DNA from: Oopsacas minuta
Lineage: Eukaryota > Animalia > Porifera
DNA length: 64,000 nt
NCBI GenBank assembly: GCA_024704765.1
Contig: JAKMXF010000177.1
Span: forward strand, 124,001-188,000
Direction of reading: 5' to 3'
This document shows, piece after piece, positions 26,341-39,266 of this stretch (position 1 is the first letter of the stretch; the number at the start of each line of letters is the position of its first letter). The notes below the pieces were generated by a model. That model worked only from the letters and a program-made list of their open reading frames with translations, was not told where the DNA came from and searched no databases. The position numbers were made by a program, and so were the translations under genes.

Positions 26341-27664
26341 CAGGGTGACACAAAAGTTCTGCAACAAATTTCAGTCTTATTATAAATAGTAAACCCTAAT
26401 TCAAATCTTAGTTCTACTATGTATATCCAATTAACACACCATTATATTATAGCTCCTACTATATTTGCTCGTTCAGTATCGTTATGTCTGGAGTATCAGA
26501 ATTTCAACAAAAGCGCTCTGCTGTTATTCAATTATTTCTCAATGGTAAAAAGCAAAGCCAGATACTAAGAACCCTTGGTTCAACTAAATACACACGATCT
26601 TTTATATCTCGAACAATTAAACGCTATAACGAGACGGGAAAGATCACAGATCTTCAACGATCAGGGCGACCACGCACGGTCAGGACGCCTGCTAACAAGA
26701 AGAAGATTCGGCAGATTTTAAACCGTCGACCCACAATGTCCCCTCGGAAGGTCGCCGCAAAAGTCAGGATTGACAGAGAATCTGTTCGGTAAATAATTCA
26801 TAAGGATTTAGGAATAAAATGTTTCAAATGAACAAGGGTAGAGTCTCTTAATCCCCAAACTATTTCAAAGAGGATACAAAGATACCGAAAACTGCAAGCC
26901 TGGCTCAAAAATGTTAACTGTGAATCAATTGTCTTTTCAGACGAAAAGAAATTCTGTATAGAGGAAAAGTACAACTCCAAAAATTCGTGTGTTTATTCCC
27001 TTACACGAAAGGATATCCCAGAGAAATTTCGGACTGTCCAGAAAACACAACACCCTAAAAGCATTATGGTTTGGGCAGGAATCTCAGCAAAGGGAAAACC
27101 CCTTAGTATTCATACCAGATGGATGAAAAATTAATGCCGATTTGTACATGAACAAAATTTTGAAGAAATATGTTCTTCCTATCAGTTCAACCTTCATGAA
27201 AAACACGCAATAGGTATTCTAACAGGATGGTGCACCAGCCCATACAGCGAAAGTATCACAAGATTGATTGTCAACGAATTTACCAGGCTTTTTATCCCGT
27301 ATCGATTAGCCTCTTGCAACTCCAGATCTAAACCCTTGCGACTATTATTTATGGGGGAGATTAGAGGAATTAGTGAATAATAGAGCATACGATAATATTC
27401 CAGCACTTAAACGGGCTTTGACCAAAGTTTGGTCTGAATTAGACCAAGATGAAGTAGCTCGGGCCTGCAATTTGTTCCCAGACAGAGTGAGAAGTTGTCT
27501 GAAGGCCCGAGGGAATAAATTTGAAATGAACTAGAACAAAACTGTATTGAAATTATGTAATTAATTATAGTTTATTATTCTTAGTCAACCTTTAGAGTTG
27601 GTACTTCCCTTTTATGTATTCAATGAATATTTCAATTTTGTTGCAGAACTTTTGTGTCACCCTG
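26341..27664 (+). mobile_element. maT-type (DD37D) Tc1/mariner element with perfect TIRs and inactivated transposase
   Basis: Identical 28-bp TIRs cagggtgacacaaaagttctgcaacaaa with TA TSDs. VFSDEK, QDGAPAH, PDLNPCDYYLW (37 spacing); several stops and a frameshift. Confidence 0.92.
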
Positions 27665-28906
27665 TATACTATATCAATTGATGAAACTGGAAAACCTCAA
27701 AGGCTGAACTTTGGCATACAAAGGTATTTGGGGCGTCGATTAGTAAAGTTCAAGTCTTTGAAAACATTAACACTTAGTCAATCTATATTATGCGAATCCA
27801 TAGGAAAGCCTTTTAACTTCAATTGAGATTATTAGAATAAACTCATAACCACGTAGAAAAATTGACCATCACAGATTACAGACAGATCAAAATTCTATTC
27901 CTTTTGGGAGCATTATCTTAGTTTGAATCCACTCCTTACCATGCTATGTATATCATGGCCTAAACGATATATTTCAGTGCTAGTAACGCATAAAGAATCA
28001 TTGAACTATCAGTGAACAATGATATGTCAAAATGATAAAAAAGTATATTCGAGACAAGAATCCAACAATAAATAATTGAAAATCAATCTCTGGACAAGTG
28101 CATGAGAGACTAAATTCTTTTTTATATATATGTTCATATATGTCCCCGATTATAATTGGGATTTTCCCTCTATCTGATATATAACCGACCAGGAATCTTC
28201 ATGCCTTCTTCTAGAAAATATCTGTACTTTGAGGATAGTGAGTGGAATTAAATACTTTCAACACTTGTCTCACCCTCAAAAATGCTACGATAAATGGTTA
28301 ATATAAGTGTATGATCCCTGTAATGCTCTCAAGGAGATGATTAAATTCCTAGTGTATTCCTGTAAACTTTCTTGCTTTTCTAAAAACATATTATTGAGTT
28401 GGAATTTAACTAAGATCATTGCTTTATTTCGACATTTATACAGAATAGTTTATGATCACTTAATCCTCAAAGCCATTGATATCTAACACGATATATTTCA
28501 AAAGTATACGATATAATTGAATGAAGTTTTCGACATAATCAAACTAAGAGCATTCAAAAATATTTCAAATGCACTGACTATAATATGACGTTTGGTTCAT
28601 ATCTAACGGCAAAGCTTTTCGATTCTTCGTATCAATATACAGTTTGCTACATAATTATTTAGAATGGAGATGTTTTGTTACAAAACCTCAGTACTTTGTC
28701 TTACTTCACTCAGGCTACTTGTGTTTCGCTGTCCATAATGGCTTAATGATATATTTTGCTAAAATTCCCTGAACCAAGTCATTATCTTATTTTGTGCGGA
28801 AATTTTGCTCTTTAATATTAATTATGACGTCATTTAAATATTCATTTTGGCCTCCATTACTATTATTTACCTTAAATATTTCCCTGCTTGATAATTTGCT
28901 CTGAGA

Positions 28907-29876
28907 ATGACTCAATACGAGAAGAGGGAAATTGTGAAGACGCTTCTACAATCCGGGAAGCTTTTGCCCAAGAAAATCTCTGTTAATTGTGGAATTTCCT
29001 TAGCTATAGTTTATAATGTTAAACGCCGATTAGATGAAGGTGTACTGCTATCTCACCAAAAGGGCGCAGGGAGACCCAATAACTTGCGATCTTCCATCAA
29101 ATTGTCTATTCTTCACCGGGTACGATGTAAACCATACCTCTCTTTGCGTACATTAGCAAGTCGTACAGGTAAAAGGACTTCCTATCAGACTGTCCGGAGA
29201 GCGTTGAAGAACAAATCTTACAACAAACCTTACCCTGTTCAGATCCCTATGCTGAGTGAAAAAATCGCATGTACAGCATAGAATGAGCGATAAAGTACAA
29301 ATACTCGAAGAAACAATGGGTCCAAACAAGATTTCTCGACGAGATGTCAATCTGGCTCTCAAGGGGAAGAATAAGGATGTGGACAAAATGCAACAAAAAA
29401 GGATCGCCCAAACAACGAAGCATGTCCCAAAGATACACATGTGGGCCGCATTTTCATCTATGGGTACATTCCCATTGTACGTTTTCACTAACAATATGAA
29501 CAGTGGAATGTTTTTAGATATAATGGAAGGATATTTGATAACTCAGGCACAGGTATAACATGAAAGTCACTGGCGATTAGTGATGGATAAGATCCAAAAC
29601 CCACCTCGCAAAAGGTCTGCACATGGTTGGCACAAAATGCACCAAATCAGATTCCATGGCCTTCACAAAATCCAGATCTTGACCCCATTGAAAACATATT
29701 CATGGGTGAAGCGAGAGATACTTAAGCTAGGCCCAAGGGCAATTCCAGAACTGAAACTCAATTTAGAAGCGGTCTGGAATCGTATTCAACCAGATTTTCT
29801 TTGAGCTTACTGAGAATCAATGCCCAGAAGATGCCAACTAGTAGTAGAGGGCAACGAGCATCCTATTAATTATTAA
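28907..29876 (+). mobile_element. Tc1 (DD34E-like) transposase remnant
   Basis: HTH + GAGRP, MWAAFSSMG, WPSQNPDLDPIENI; frameshifted; matched TIR pair not found. Confidence 0.75.
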
Positions 29877-30347
29877 GATCTATTACTTCACTCTCAATTT
29901 GAGGTATATATGGCAATGTATACTGTAACTCTAATAATTTTTGGCTTAAGTAATTCTAAATAAATATGTAACAGACTGTAATTCGTACTAGTAAGTAAAT
30001 TTTTCCACAATTGTTATGTGTACAGTTCTATAAATTCATACAGGTAAGAATAATAAACATAGATACAGCGCCCACGTTTCTGCGAAAAGTTGTACGACGA
30101 TAAGTTTTAAGTACTCAAAGTGGTCCGAGTACGTCGCATCAGTTGACCTATATGTTCCAGCAGCTCGAAATTAATCAAATATTATTGCAGGAATATAACT
30201 TTCTATAATGTGTATAGCGTCTGAATGGCAACAATGTGAATAGTGATATGCCTAGATATAAAAATCATAGAATCTATATTATTAAATCTCAATGATTGTC
30301 TGTTTTTCTCTTTGTTGGTTTGTCCGTGTCAAAGAAAGGATATACCC

Positions 30348-32728
30348 CAGGGGTGCCCAACCGATTTAATTGCGGGCCACATTGGCTTCCTCAATAGTTG
30401 GGTAGGTCACATGGAATAATTTATAAATCTCAGATTTATTTAGAGAAAATTTGTTGGAATATCAAAATGGAAATGCTACAGAAAGGAAACACACAATATG
30501 AAATATTGGTAGACAACAGAAAATTATCAAAAATACTAACTAATAAGAAACCCGAATACTGATTATACCACCACTAATACGAGTACAGACAATGATCTAT
30601 TACTTTGACATGGATGACAATTGATAACGCTTATGTCTGACAATATGGTCGATGTTTTGTTCCATATCCGTAGTAGCTATTCTTAATGTATCTTCGAGAT
30701 GTCTATCAGTTAAAACAGTTCTGCATTTCCTTTTACTAGCTTCATTTGGGAGCACAGTTGTTCACATATTTATGTGCTCCCAAATAAACAAGCCATCATC
30801 TTACAATGCTTGATAAGATTGGGGTAATCTGATGATGATAAATACTTTTGATAAAAGTCCATTAGTTTGACATCATTGAATTTTGCTTTCAAGTCCAGGT
30901 TAAATTGTTTGTCAACCAAATCTAGCTGGAGATGCTCGGGGAATTCAATGGGTCCTAAAGAAACAGGGTTTGAAAATATAGCGAAGTTTACAATATTTCT
31001 ACGAAGATCTTTAAATCTATCCTCGAATTCTTTGCGCATGGAATTGATTTCGATTGCGTATACACCTGTATCTGGAGGGGAATGTTTTGATAAGGTTTCA
31101 AAGTGATAAAAATTTCCTTCTATTAGTTGTTTTTCTCATATCTCGAGCTTTCTTTCAAAAGCACAAATGAAGTCAAACAAATTGTGAATAAACAGATTTT
31201 TCCTTGTAATTTTGAGTTGAGGTTATTCAAATATTGAGTGACATCGACCAAAAATGCCAAGTCACACAACCATAATGGATTATTGAGATGAAAAACTGGT
31301 TTTCTCTCCTCCTCCATAAAATGAAATACTCCTTCTTTGAGTTCATAAAAGCGTGGAAGCAATCACACCCCTACTTAACCATCGTACTTCCGTAGTAAAG
31401 AAGATCTCCAAATTGAGAATTTATTTGGTCTAAAAGTTTTCTATATCGTCGATGATTGAGTCCTCGAGCACGAATGAAGTTGTCAGTTCTCACTACTATT
31501 TCCATTACGCTCTGCATTCTTAATGCTTATGAACAGAGATTTTCCTGGTGAATTATACTATGCACTTTGACTAATTTCATAGTACTACTTCCTGAATTGA
31601 TCCTTTCTTTCTCCAGAAGAGCAACGAAGCCCTTTTCCATCCAAATCATTGATGGTACGACATCTGTCATTACCCCACATAAATTATTCAACTTAAGTCC
31701 GATAGCATCAATTCCATTCATCACCGCTTTATAGATATAAACTCCAGTCGTTTTATTGTGAAGGCTATGTAGGTTCACCAATTCTTCTGCAACATTAAAC
31801 TTTGAATCGATTCCTCTTACAAAAAAGCAAGTTGAGCAGTATCAGTGGCATCTGTGATCTTATCAAGGGTAAGAGAATAGTACTCGAACTCACTAGTACG
31901 TTTTTCTAAAGTTGTAAGACTGTTGATAGTTCTCTATCCTACGACTAATTGTCATTCTCGAAAGGCTAATATCTTCAAATAACTTCTGTTTCTCTGGGCA
32001 CATAATTTGCACCAAAGTACAACACACTCCTTGATAAATTCATGACAGTAAATGGCTTATATTTCTTTGCAATAAGTTTACAAATGGCAAAGCTTGCACG
32101 AACAACTTTTTCTGACTCAGAATTAGTATTCGCAAAGATATTTTGCTGCACCGAAAATTTCCCATATTAATGACTGTACTCTATCCTTCCGTATCTGCCC
32201 TGAGCATGCTTTGTAATCTTGACGATTAGCGCTATAGTGTCTTTGGATGTTGTAGTCTTTCATCACTGTGATGACCTGCTTGCATATTAAGCGAGTTGGT
32301 TTGTTTTTAAAGTTGGTAAAAAGTATTTCTCGGTCCAGCTACCGTTGAAATTTCTACCTTCGAAATCAAATTTCCTTTTCTTAGGACAAGACTCCATTAA
32401 TATAAATGATATAGATTCTACAGGAAATTTATGAGATGAGTAAACGCAGTATCTGAATTCAATCATAAGCTTAGAATTATACTAGTTTATATTTAGACAC
32501 CGCTAAGGATTATATTAATAAACATATGTACCTGTCGTGAATTGAAAATGAATAAGAATTCTCAAAATGTCAAATACATTGAAATTTGACACCCAGTATG
32601 AATGCTATCAAAATGTGTCTCAGGAAATGTCCATGAAGAAATAGTATATATTACTAAGTGCAAAAGTCTTAGTGCATGCTTCTGTGGGTCGGATGAAATT
32701 AATGCGGGCCGTATGTTGGGCACCCCTG
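30348..32728 (-). mobile_element. hAT (SPIN/GTF2IRD2-like) transposon, degenerate
   Basis: TIRs caggggtgcccaac / gttgggcacccctg. Fragments VMTDVVPSM..HSIIHQENLC, RFYELK..WLCDLAFLVD..LNSKLQG, FEDRFKD..FSNP..ACLFGST. Confidence 0.88.
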
Positions 32729-32744
32729 GTCTATTGTGATAGAG

Positions 32745-32939
32745 TAGAAAATCTCAAAAGTGGTTGGAGGGACATTAATCTATGGATCTTCGAAAATTTA
32801 GTTGCTGGAATGCCAGCACGTATTGATACATGTATACAATTGAAAGGAGGATATATTGGAAAATAAATGCCATCTTTTCTCAATTAAAGGTAATAATAAC
32901 ATAAGATGAAAGATACGACAATAATTATGGGACACCCTG
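32745..32939 (+). mobile_element. 3' terminal fragment of a Tc1 element related to the DD37E copy
   Basis: ENLVAGMPARIDTCIQLKGGYIGK* (compare QNLIDGMPNRINSCIELNGEYIGK*), followed by gggacaccctg-TA. Confidence 0.75.
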
Positions 32940-33507
32940 TACATATAGTGGAACCTCGATGTTAGGAACACGGTTAGTATGCTATTCCCGACAAGCAGCA
33001 AGAATTTTGACCATCCGTTGTGTTCTTATTAACTAGGTTACATAGTAATCTATTTGAACAGAGTTTTGAAATAAAACTGTTGATGTTACGAAATTTATTT
33101 TCTATTTCCAGGAGAGCAAACTGGGAAAGACTAATGTTATGCAATACAAACATGTAAGGGTGGTTCTCTCAGTAGAAGTTTCTGGACATTAACTGATTGC
33201 TTCAAACTATATGTCACAATAGATTAATTTTTGTACAAACCATGAAAGGAACAATTCACGCTTAAATTATCTGCCTTTGGTACTATTGATAACACTGATA
33301 TACAAAATTGTAAAAAGTTTTTGATGATTCAATAAAAATAGCTGAAATTGAACAATTTGACGGGATTGTTTATGAATGAGTTAAGTATGTATTCGCAACA
33401 GGTCTAGAATTTGTAATTTTCTGGTTGGAAGATTGCACCAATATGCGATTAAATATATGAAATTAAACATACGTTCATGTTTATTACCTACTAAATCATA
33501 CTAGTAT

Positions 33508-33918
33508 TAACTATCACTAGCGCGCTACGCGGATTCTAACACTTCGTGTCCATACTCAACCTTCGGCCCTCGCTTTGACTATTCGTTTGTGTGATATTTG
33601 GAATCAGCGTACCCGATTACCCCCACAAAAACCGTTGAACCACGTTTCTAGGATAATTTTGAAATTTGTTTACTTTTTATTTACTTTATATTCATATAAA
33701 CAACTTAAATTTGTATATGACAAATCCATAAGTGTAATTCGGGTTCAGCATATTCGCTAACTTTTAGTCAAGTTTTACGAAATTTGTATATTTTCCTGTT
33801 TAACACGATAGATATATAGATACAAACATTCTTGTAAATACGAATTCCACATTCCATTTCAGCTTCCTTAGCAACGGACAAACGGATAGACAAACAGATA
33901 GCAGTGACAATGATAGTA
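33508..33918 (-). mobile_element. Non-autonomous Helitron-like element
   Basis: On the minus strand: GTCY-like microsatellite near one end, an internal unit shared with the 53765-54200 array, and a GC-rich cgcgtagcgcgCTAG end. Confidence 0.4.
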
Positions 33919-33925
33919 TCTCCAC

Positions 33926-34757
33926 TACTATCATTGTCACTGCTAATGTCCAATATTTCTGATGGAACTGGTACAGGTAGGTCCTCTGAATGTGGAACTG
34001 GCCTAATGGCGGACGGTACGTCTGGCTACGCAATACTGGATTTATTCTTTCGGGTGATACCATCAATTTTCGTCATACAGAAATAATAATCCAAAAGATG
34101 ACACATTGGTTCTCTCCATATCATTGGAACCGCAAACAGCATTTTCTTTCTCTTCCCAGCATAGCACAAGCGTAAGTTCTCAACGCATGTCTTAAAGGCA
34201 TTGTGTGGAGCCCACGGCTTATCTTAATCCCCAAGATGGCATCCAAAATATGCGAAATAACAGCGTTCTACAGCCTTTGTGATATTTGCCGTTGGTCAGT
34301 TGTAGTATACCTCCCACAAATATAACAAAACCTTTCAGGAGAATTTTTACAAACCCGAGAAGCCATAAACAATAAAATGAATAAGATAAACCAAATGTCG
34401 AGTGCAATAAAACAGGTTATAAATACTATTAGAGGCAATTTACATCATATAAGCAATTAAAACCAAATAAATTGGATAAGTGTGATGTACAGAATTGAAT
34501 TTAGAAATATTTGACCATGTAGTCAATTAAAAGACCGAAATAACTAAAATAGAAATTTCTTACTTTTAGTACCCTTGAGAATGAAAAAAATACATAATTA
34601 TTCCCAATATATATCTACACTATGCAAAATAATTGAGAAGAAGATCATCAAAAATGTTGTATATCAGTGTAATTAATAAACAGAAAGCTCAAATTTTAGC
34701 TTGTTCTCTACTTGATCGTGATGTCCAGGAATAATTTGAAATATTTTGTTGACTTTC
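33926..34757 (-). mobile_element. Chapaev3-like 5' fragment
   Basis: MLFAVPMIWREP..YFCMTKIDGITRKNKSSIA*PDVPSAIRPVPHSEDLPVP. Terminal attttgttgact motif near 34742-34757 resembles the end of 738-3020. Confidence 0.65.
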
Positions 34758-36697
34758 TAAAGGCATTTAAACAACCCAACAAAACTTATAATTGCATATA
34801 TTGACCCTTGTGACTTCAGATGTTTATAGACAGTTTCTCCTTGCATTTTCACCTCCTTTGCACCTTTAAAATAGGTCAAAATGTGATATCGCATGTTATG
34901 CCTCTTTATTGGGGAGCTGAATATTTGCACAAAAATTGGAACCCATTCCTGCAAGTTGGTGGATTATTTACAGGATTCCAGATTCCAATTCTGGCTTGAA
35001 ATCTGATGGAGAGTATAATAATTTACTGAAACAAGTTCGATCTAATCAAGTTATGATCAGTCCAATTTCAAATTCTTTCTATGGAACATGGAACAGTGGA
35101 CTAATATACTACTTGAACTCAGAGCATTATTGTTGATATGTTTCTCCGTATTCGCTTTACAGTCTACACCATTTATGATTAAGAGGTTAAAATGTGTTTT
35201 AACAGATTTTTGTGACCTGTAGATTTGTATTTGGTTCCCTATTTTTGATCAGACACAATTTGCTACATTTTGCAACATTTTCTTTCCCATTGAATTTGTA
35301 CTAACTTCGAAGAATTCCATAGCTGGTTTGCAGAATCTAGGGCGTAACTACCATTCAGGCATACAAGGCAATTGCCTTGTTCTCTGCCAAAATATCATGA
35401 ATTTTATTCGCCTATAATGTAGTAAAATGACATGTACAAATCTATTGGTACATATCATTTGACTACTTTAAAGCCGAATACAGGTAATACAAATTTCCAG
35501 ATAATACGACCAAATATTACACTAAATAACACGAACTACGTTAAGGAAATGGCCAGGTTGAAATCCACTTACCCTACAAACAGTACTAACAGCACCAAAA
35601 AGTGATCTGGTTTTAACTAACCTGACCGGTGTGGCCAACATTGCCATTATGGGCGGGCATGCTCACTCATATTCACTAAATAATTTTATGAACTAAGGAT
35701 ATAATTGGCTACAAAATTATCTCCAAATGTACAAAAACTATATGTATATATTTAAATACTATTGATGAAGTCCACACTGATTTAATGACCATAGTATGAT
35801 AAGTAATAGCACCACTTAAATTAGGAATTAATTTCCTTTACATTTTTATTATCCTTGATAGACAGTCAAAGGGGCGGTCCCAGGATCTTGCATACCCGGT
35901 GCAGGATTTCAATCCCAGGGTAAACTTCTTTCTATTATTGGCAGTCGTGGTCCGAGAATCTGGCAGACCCGGTTCCGGGCGAGCAGGGGCCAAAGTTTCA
36001 ACCCAGTGTAAATGCCCCGGTTTCGGCCACCTAGTAAAACCCCTACATGAGGTGTGTGTATGTGCAACCAACCAACCTAACCAGTAGTTATGCCGCCCAA
36101 TAATGGTCGACAAAATAAGCAAAAGGGCGCCTATGACGCCAGTAATGATGTTAACCATCGACTTCTAAACTACTTCAACAATGCACTCGCATTCAACTGA
36201 TATATGATTAATACCAAGCTGGGACATGTGTTATAATTGTTATCTCGAAACCATTTGTTCTAATGGAATAAATGATATTATTGCTAAATTTTTATGACTA
36301 AATTAGATTTGTCAGTTTTAGAGGTTCTTCACACCTTTTGAAATATATGTTAATAATACAGATAATTCGAAGAAGCATTTGAAGTTAGACATAAAACATG
36401 TATTATGAATAGGAGTTATACATGGGGAGCTTATTCTAAACATTCTATACACTAAGCCTAAGGCAATGGTGGTACTTCTAAAGAAAATACGAAGAAAATA
36501 ATAAGAAAGTTGACTCGTTCTAGAGTTTCAGTAGAGACCAGGGATGACACTTTTATGAATATCCATAGTCTACCAAAGATAAGGCTTGATCACTGCTTGA
36601 CTAGGGTTAAAGAAAGTGGATATATTTTGATGGGAAATTCCTTAATCGTCACTAATATGAAATTGGTACATATTCACCTGAAAAAATGTATTATATA

Positions 36698-39266
36698 TGT
36701 TACCGTCCAAATTGAGTACTTGCCGCTGCAAAATTGAGTAAGGTCACTCTTACACAAAAATTTAAATGTTATGGTTTACTAAATAACAATATTATTATAA
36801 TTTCAAAGATATGGTTTGTGGTCTGCTAAAATAAATGAATGATGTATATAGATTTATACTACGAATATCATCCTTCAATTGACTTGAAATAATATTTGTA
36901 TTGTTCAATACGCTTAATATAGCCAAATATATACACAATATACTATAAAATCATGACAAAATTTGGAAATAATGCAGTAAACGTACTTCTAGAAACTCTA
37001 TCAATTTTCAGTGAATTAGTTGCCCAGTTGATTATACAAAGGTAGATGACTAGTTGATTGAGGTGGTTTTGAAAAACCCATGTTTTTACACTACTATCGG
37101 TTCTCGCATACGGTAGAGTGTCTGCGATACCTCGAGTTGCATTTAACCTGCTTCCGTTTGCACTGGCAAGCCTTGGTCCGGCAGCTGTCTCGGATTGGGA
37201 ATAGAGCACGTTAAATCCAAGATTTACTTTAGGAGGGAAGTTGTCATTATGGGCAACGCTATAGATCCCTGACCATTCTTTCGTTGTATTTAGACCATGC
37301 TGAACTACTATCCAATTAAGATACTTAATTAACAACAACATTAATTACAATATAAATATATTAGGAAAATCTATGTGAATCAACAATACACAAGATTTAA
37401 TCTTTAACTTCACAATACTATTCTACGGTTCTTTTGTCCTATTGTAATGATCAACAAATTCCTCCAACATACCATTCGTTAGGTGATCATGGCCTTAAAT
37501 GCATAAACGCGTTGTGGGTTCAAGCGTGCCCCTCGCCCATCCTGCTGCAGAGTCTCCTTTATATTAGTTCCATACTGCTAAATGTACGTTCTCCGTCAGT
37601 GGCTCTTGATACTAGTAAAACTTCTAGGCACCCAGTATTGCAGATAAATCTGATAAGTTAGGAAATGCAATCGAAATTTCTCCGCAATTAATCTATTACG
37701 ATAGAACATCCTACAAAAACATATCCTTGAATTGCCTCGAAATTGTCAGCAGAAACAATTTCCATTCTGCTTCAGTTTCCTCCCTGGCTGTGACTAGGTT
37801 TTCCCATTTAAATCTCAGGAGACTGGAGTTCCGCTTGGATCAGTGAAAGTTTAACTGCTTTCTTGGGAGAATAATGGAAAGCTTTCCAGATGGTTAACAC
37901 TATACCTAAACTCTCATTATTTGTACATGTTCTGTACAAGCATTGACAGCAGCAAGTTGAAGTTAATGGGAGCTGTAGTAGATATAAATCGCAAGTGGTG
38001 CAAGTAATCTCAGATGCCTTTGAATTCATTGTATTAGTACCATCAAACCTAAGGAAGGCTCTTTCTCAAGGGCAACGTCAGGGTGGAGAAGGTTGTCAGT
38101 GCCGCAGGGTCTAAAGTTAGTGTAGGTGAATGCTGGCTGATTGCCCCATGTCCAGTCTCTATCTGGTAAGCCCCTCCATCCAAGTACACGTCCGTAACTG
38201 TCCAATGAGACTGCTGGGACTAATGCTAGCCCTGTCAGGGTACGGAATGGGTATCTTTACATGATTCCCCTTTCAATAGTCTTGCTACGTTTCTTACTAG
38301 ACCGTATAATGTCAGCTCCTTGCATTTTGAGTGCTCTCCTCTCCCTCAAGGAATTTCTCAGTATTTTGCGTGCACAGAAGTACAGTACTGCAGTCTTACA
38401 GTACGCGTCTACCCGATCCAGGCAGTCAGCATGAAATGGACCCAGTTTACAATGGCTGCAACTCACAGTGCAGTTGCCATCATCTATTACAAAGACTGGC
38501 AGGAGGTAATGTTAGTACAAGGTGTAACTTGTGTTCCGATCAGCAGGGGTACAGTTAAGTTGTATGAATCGTCATCAAGATCGTCGGCAAACACATATCC
38601 TGCATTTGTTGGCTTGGGAAATGCCACAGAGGCGTACGAAGAGGACAATTACTGCATAAAGCACGTGATAGTTGTTTCCCTTGAAATACTCGTACACCTG
38701 TCACGTCCCCCATGACTGATCTCATGATGTGCGACCACTAACGTATCCCACAGGTCTTTCTTAGCCATACACGTAACTTACTCGGTGTAGTCTCCCGGTT
38801 TCAATCCCTTTTATATACAAGACTTTTACAGCCTTAAACTCCTCCACAGAATAGCTCAACCTGGTCCTGCCGGAATTGGGATCGTTGGTGTTGCAACCAT
38901 CCTCTCTGTAGCTCTCTATAATCCCATCTCTCTCCTCTCTCCCCACCAAATGTAAATAGATTGAGCTACTAAAGCTCTGCTTCAAAATGTATTTAGTATT
39001 TTGACGAAAGGAAGGTATGTTGATTTTGTCCAGATGAAACAAACGCAAATAATAAACACATATTAATCGTAACTAGGAAGAAATAGCGCAGTAACTGTCG
39101 CGTGATAGCAAAGTGTTACTATAGGCCAAACACTCCAAGTACATCTAGGCAACTTTGGTATGTATGTTGATTAGTAATTCCCCAAATTATTTGCGTGTTA
39201 GTTAACCCATAATATAATAACAAGCAAATTATATAAGAATAACCTCACTCAAATTGGAAGGTGACA
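36698..39266 (-). mobile_element. Ginger2/KRBA2-like DNA transposon, core deleted
   Basis: TGT..ACA termini (tgttaccgtccaaattgagt / actcaaattggaaggtgaca) with TATA TSD. Remnants: H2C2 (LWDTLVVAHHEISHGGRDR), PHD-like (CSHCKLGPFHADC), IPIPYPDRA..YQIETGHG..PSLR, Cys-rich end (SCRTKACQCKRKQVKCNSR..CENR*). Confidence 0.75.
37450..38030 (-). mobile_element. ZNF862-like hAT transposase fragment nested in Ginger2
   Basis: WKAFHYSPKKAVKLSLIQAELQSPEI and GERTFSSMELI*RRLCSRMGE. Confidence 0.6.

Noticed and set aside
35338-36158. GC-richer ORFs 35838-36158 and 35899-36087
   Set aside because: No recognisable domain; they look like remnants of non-autonomous hAT-like ends, too degraded to call.
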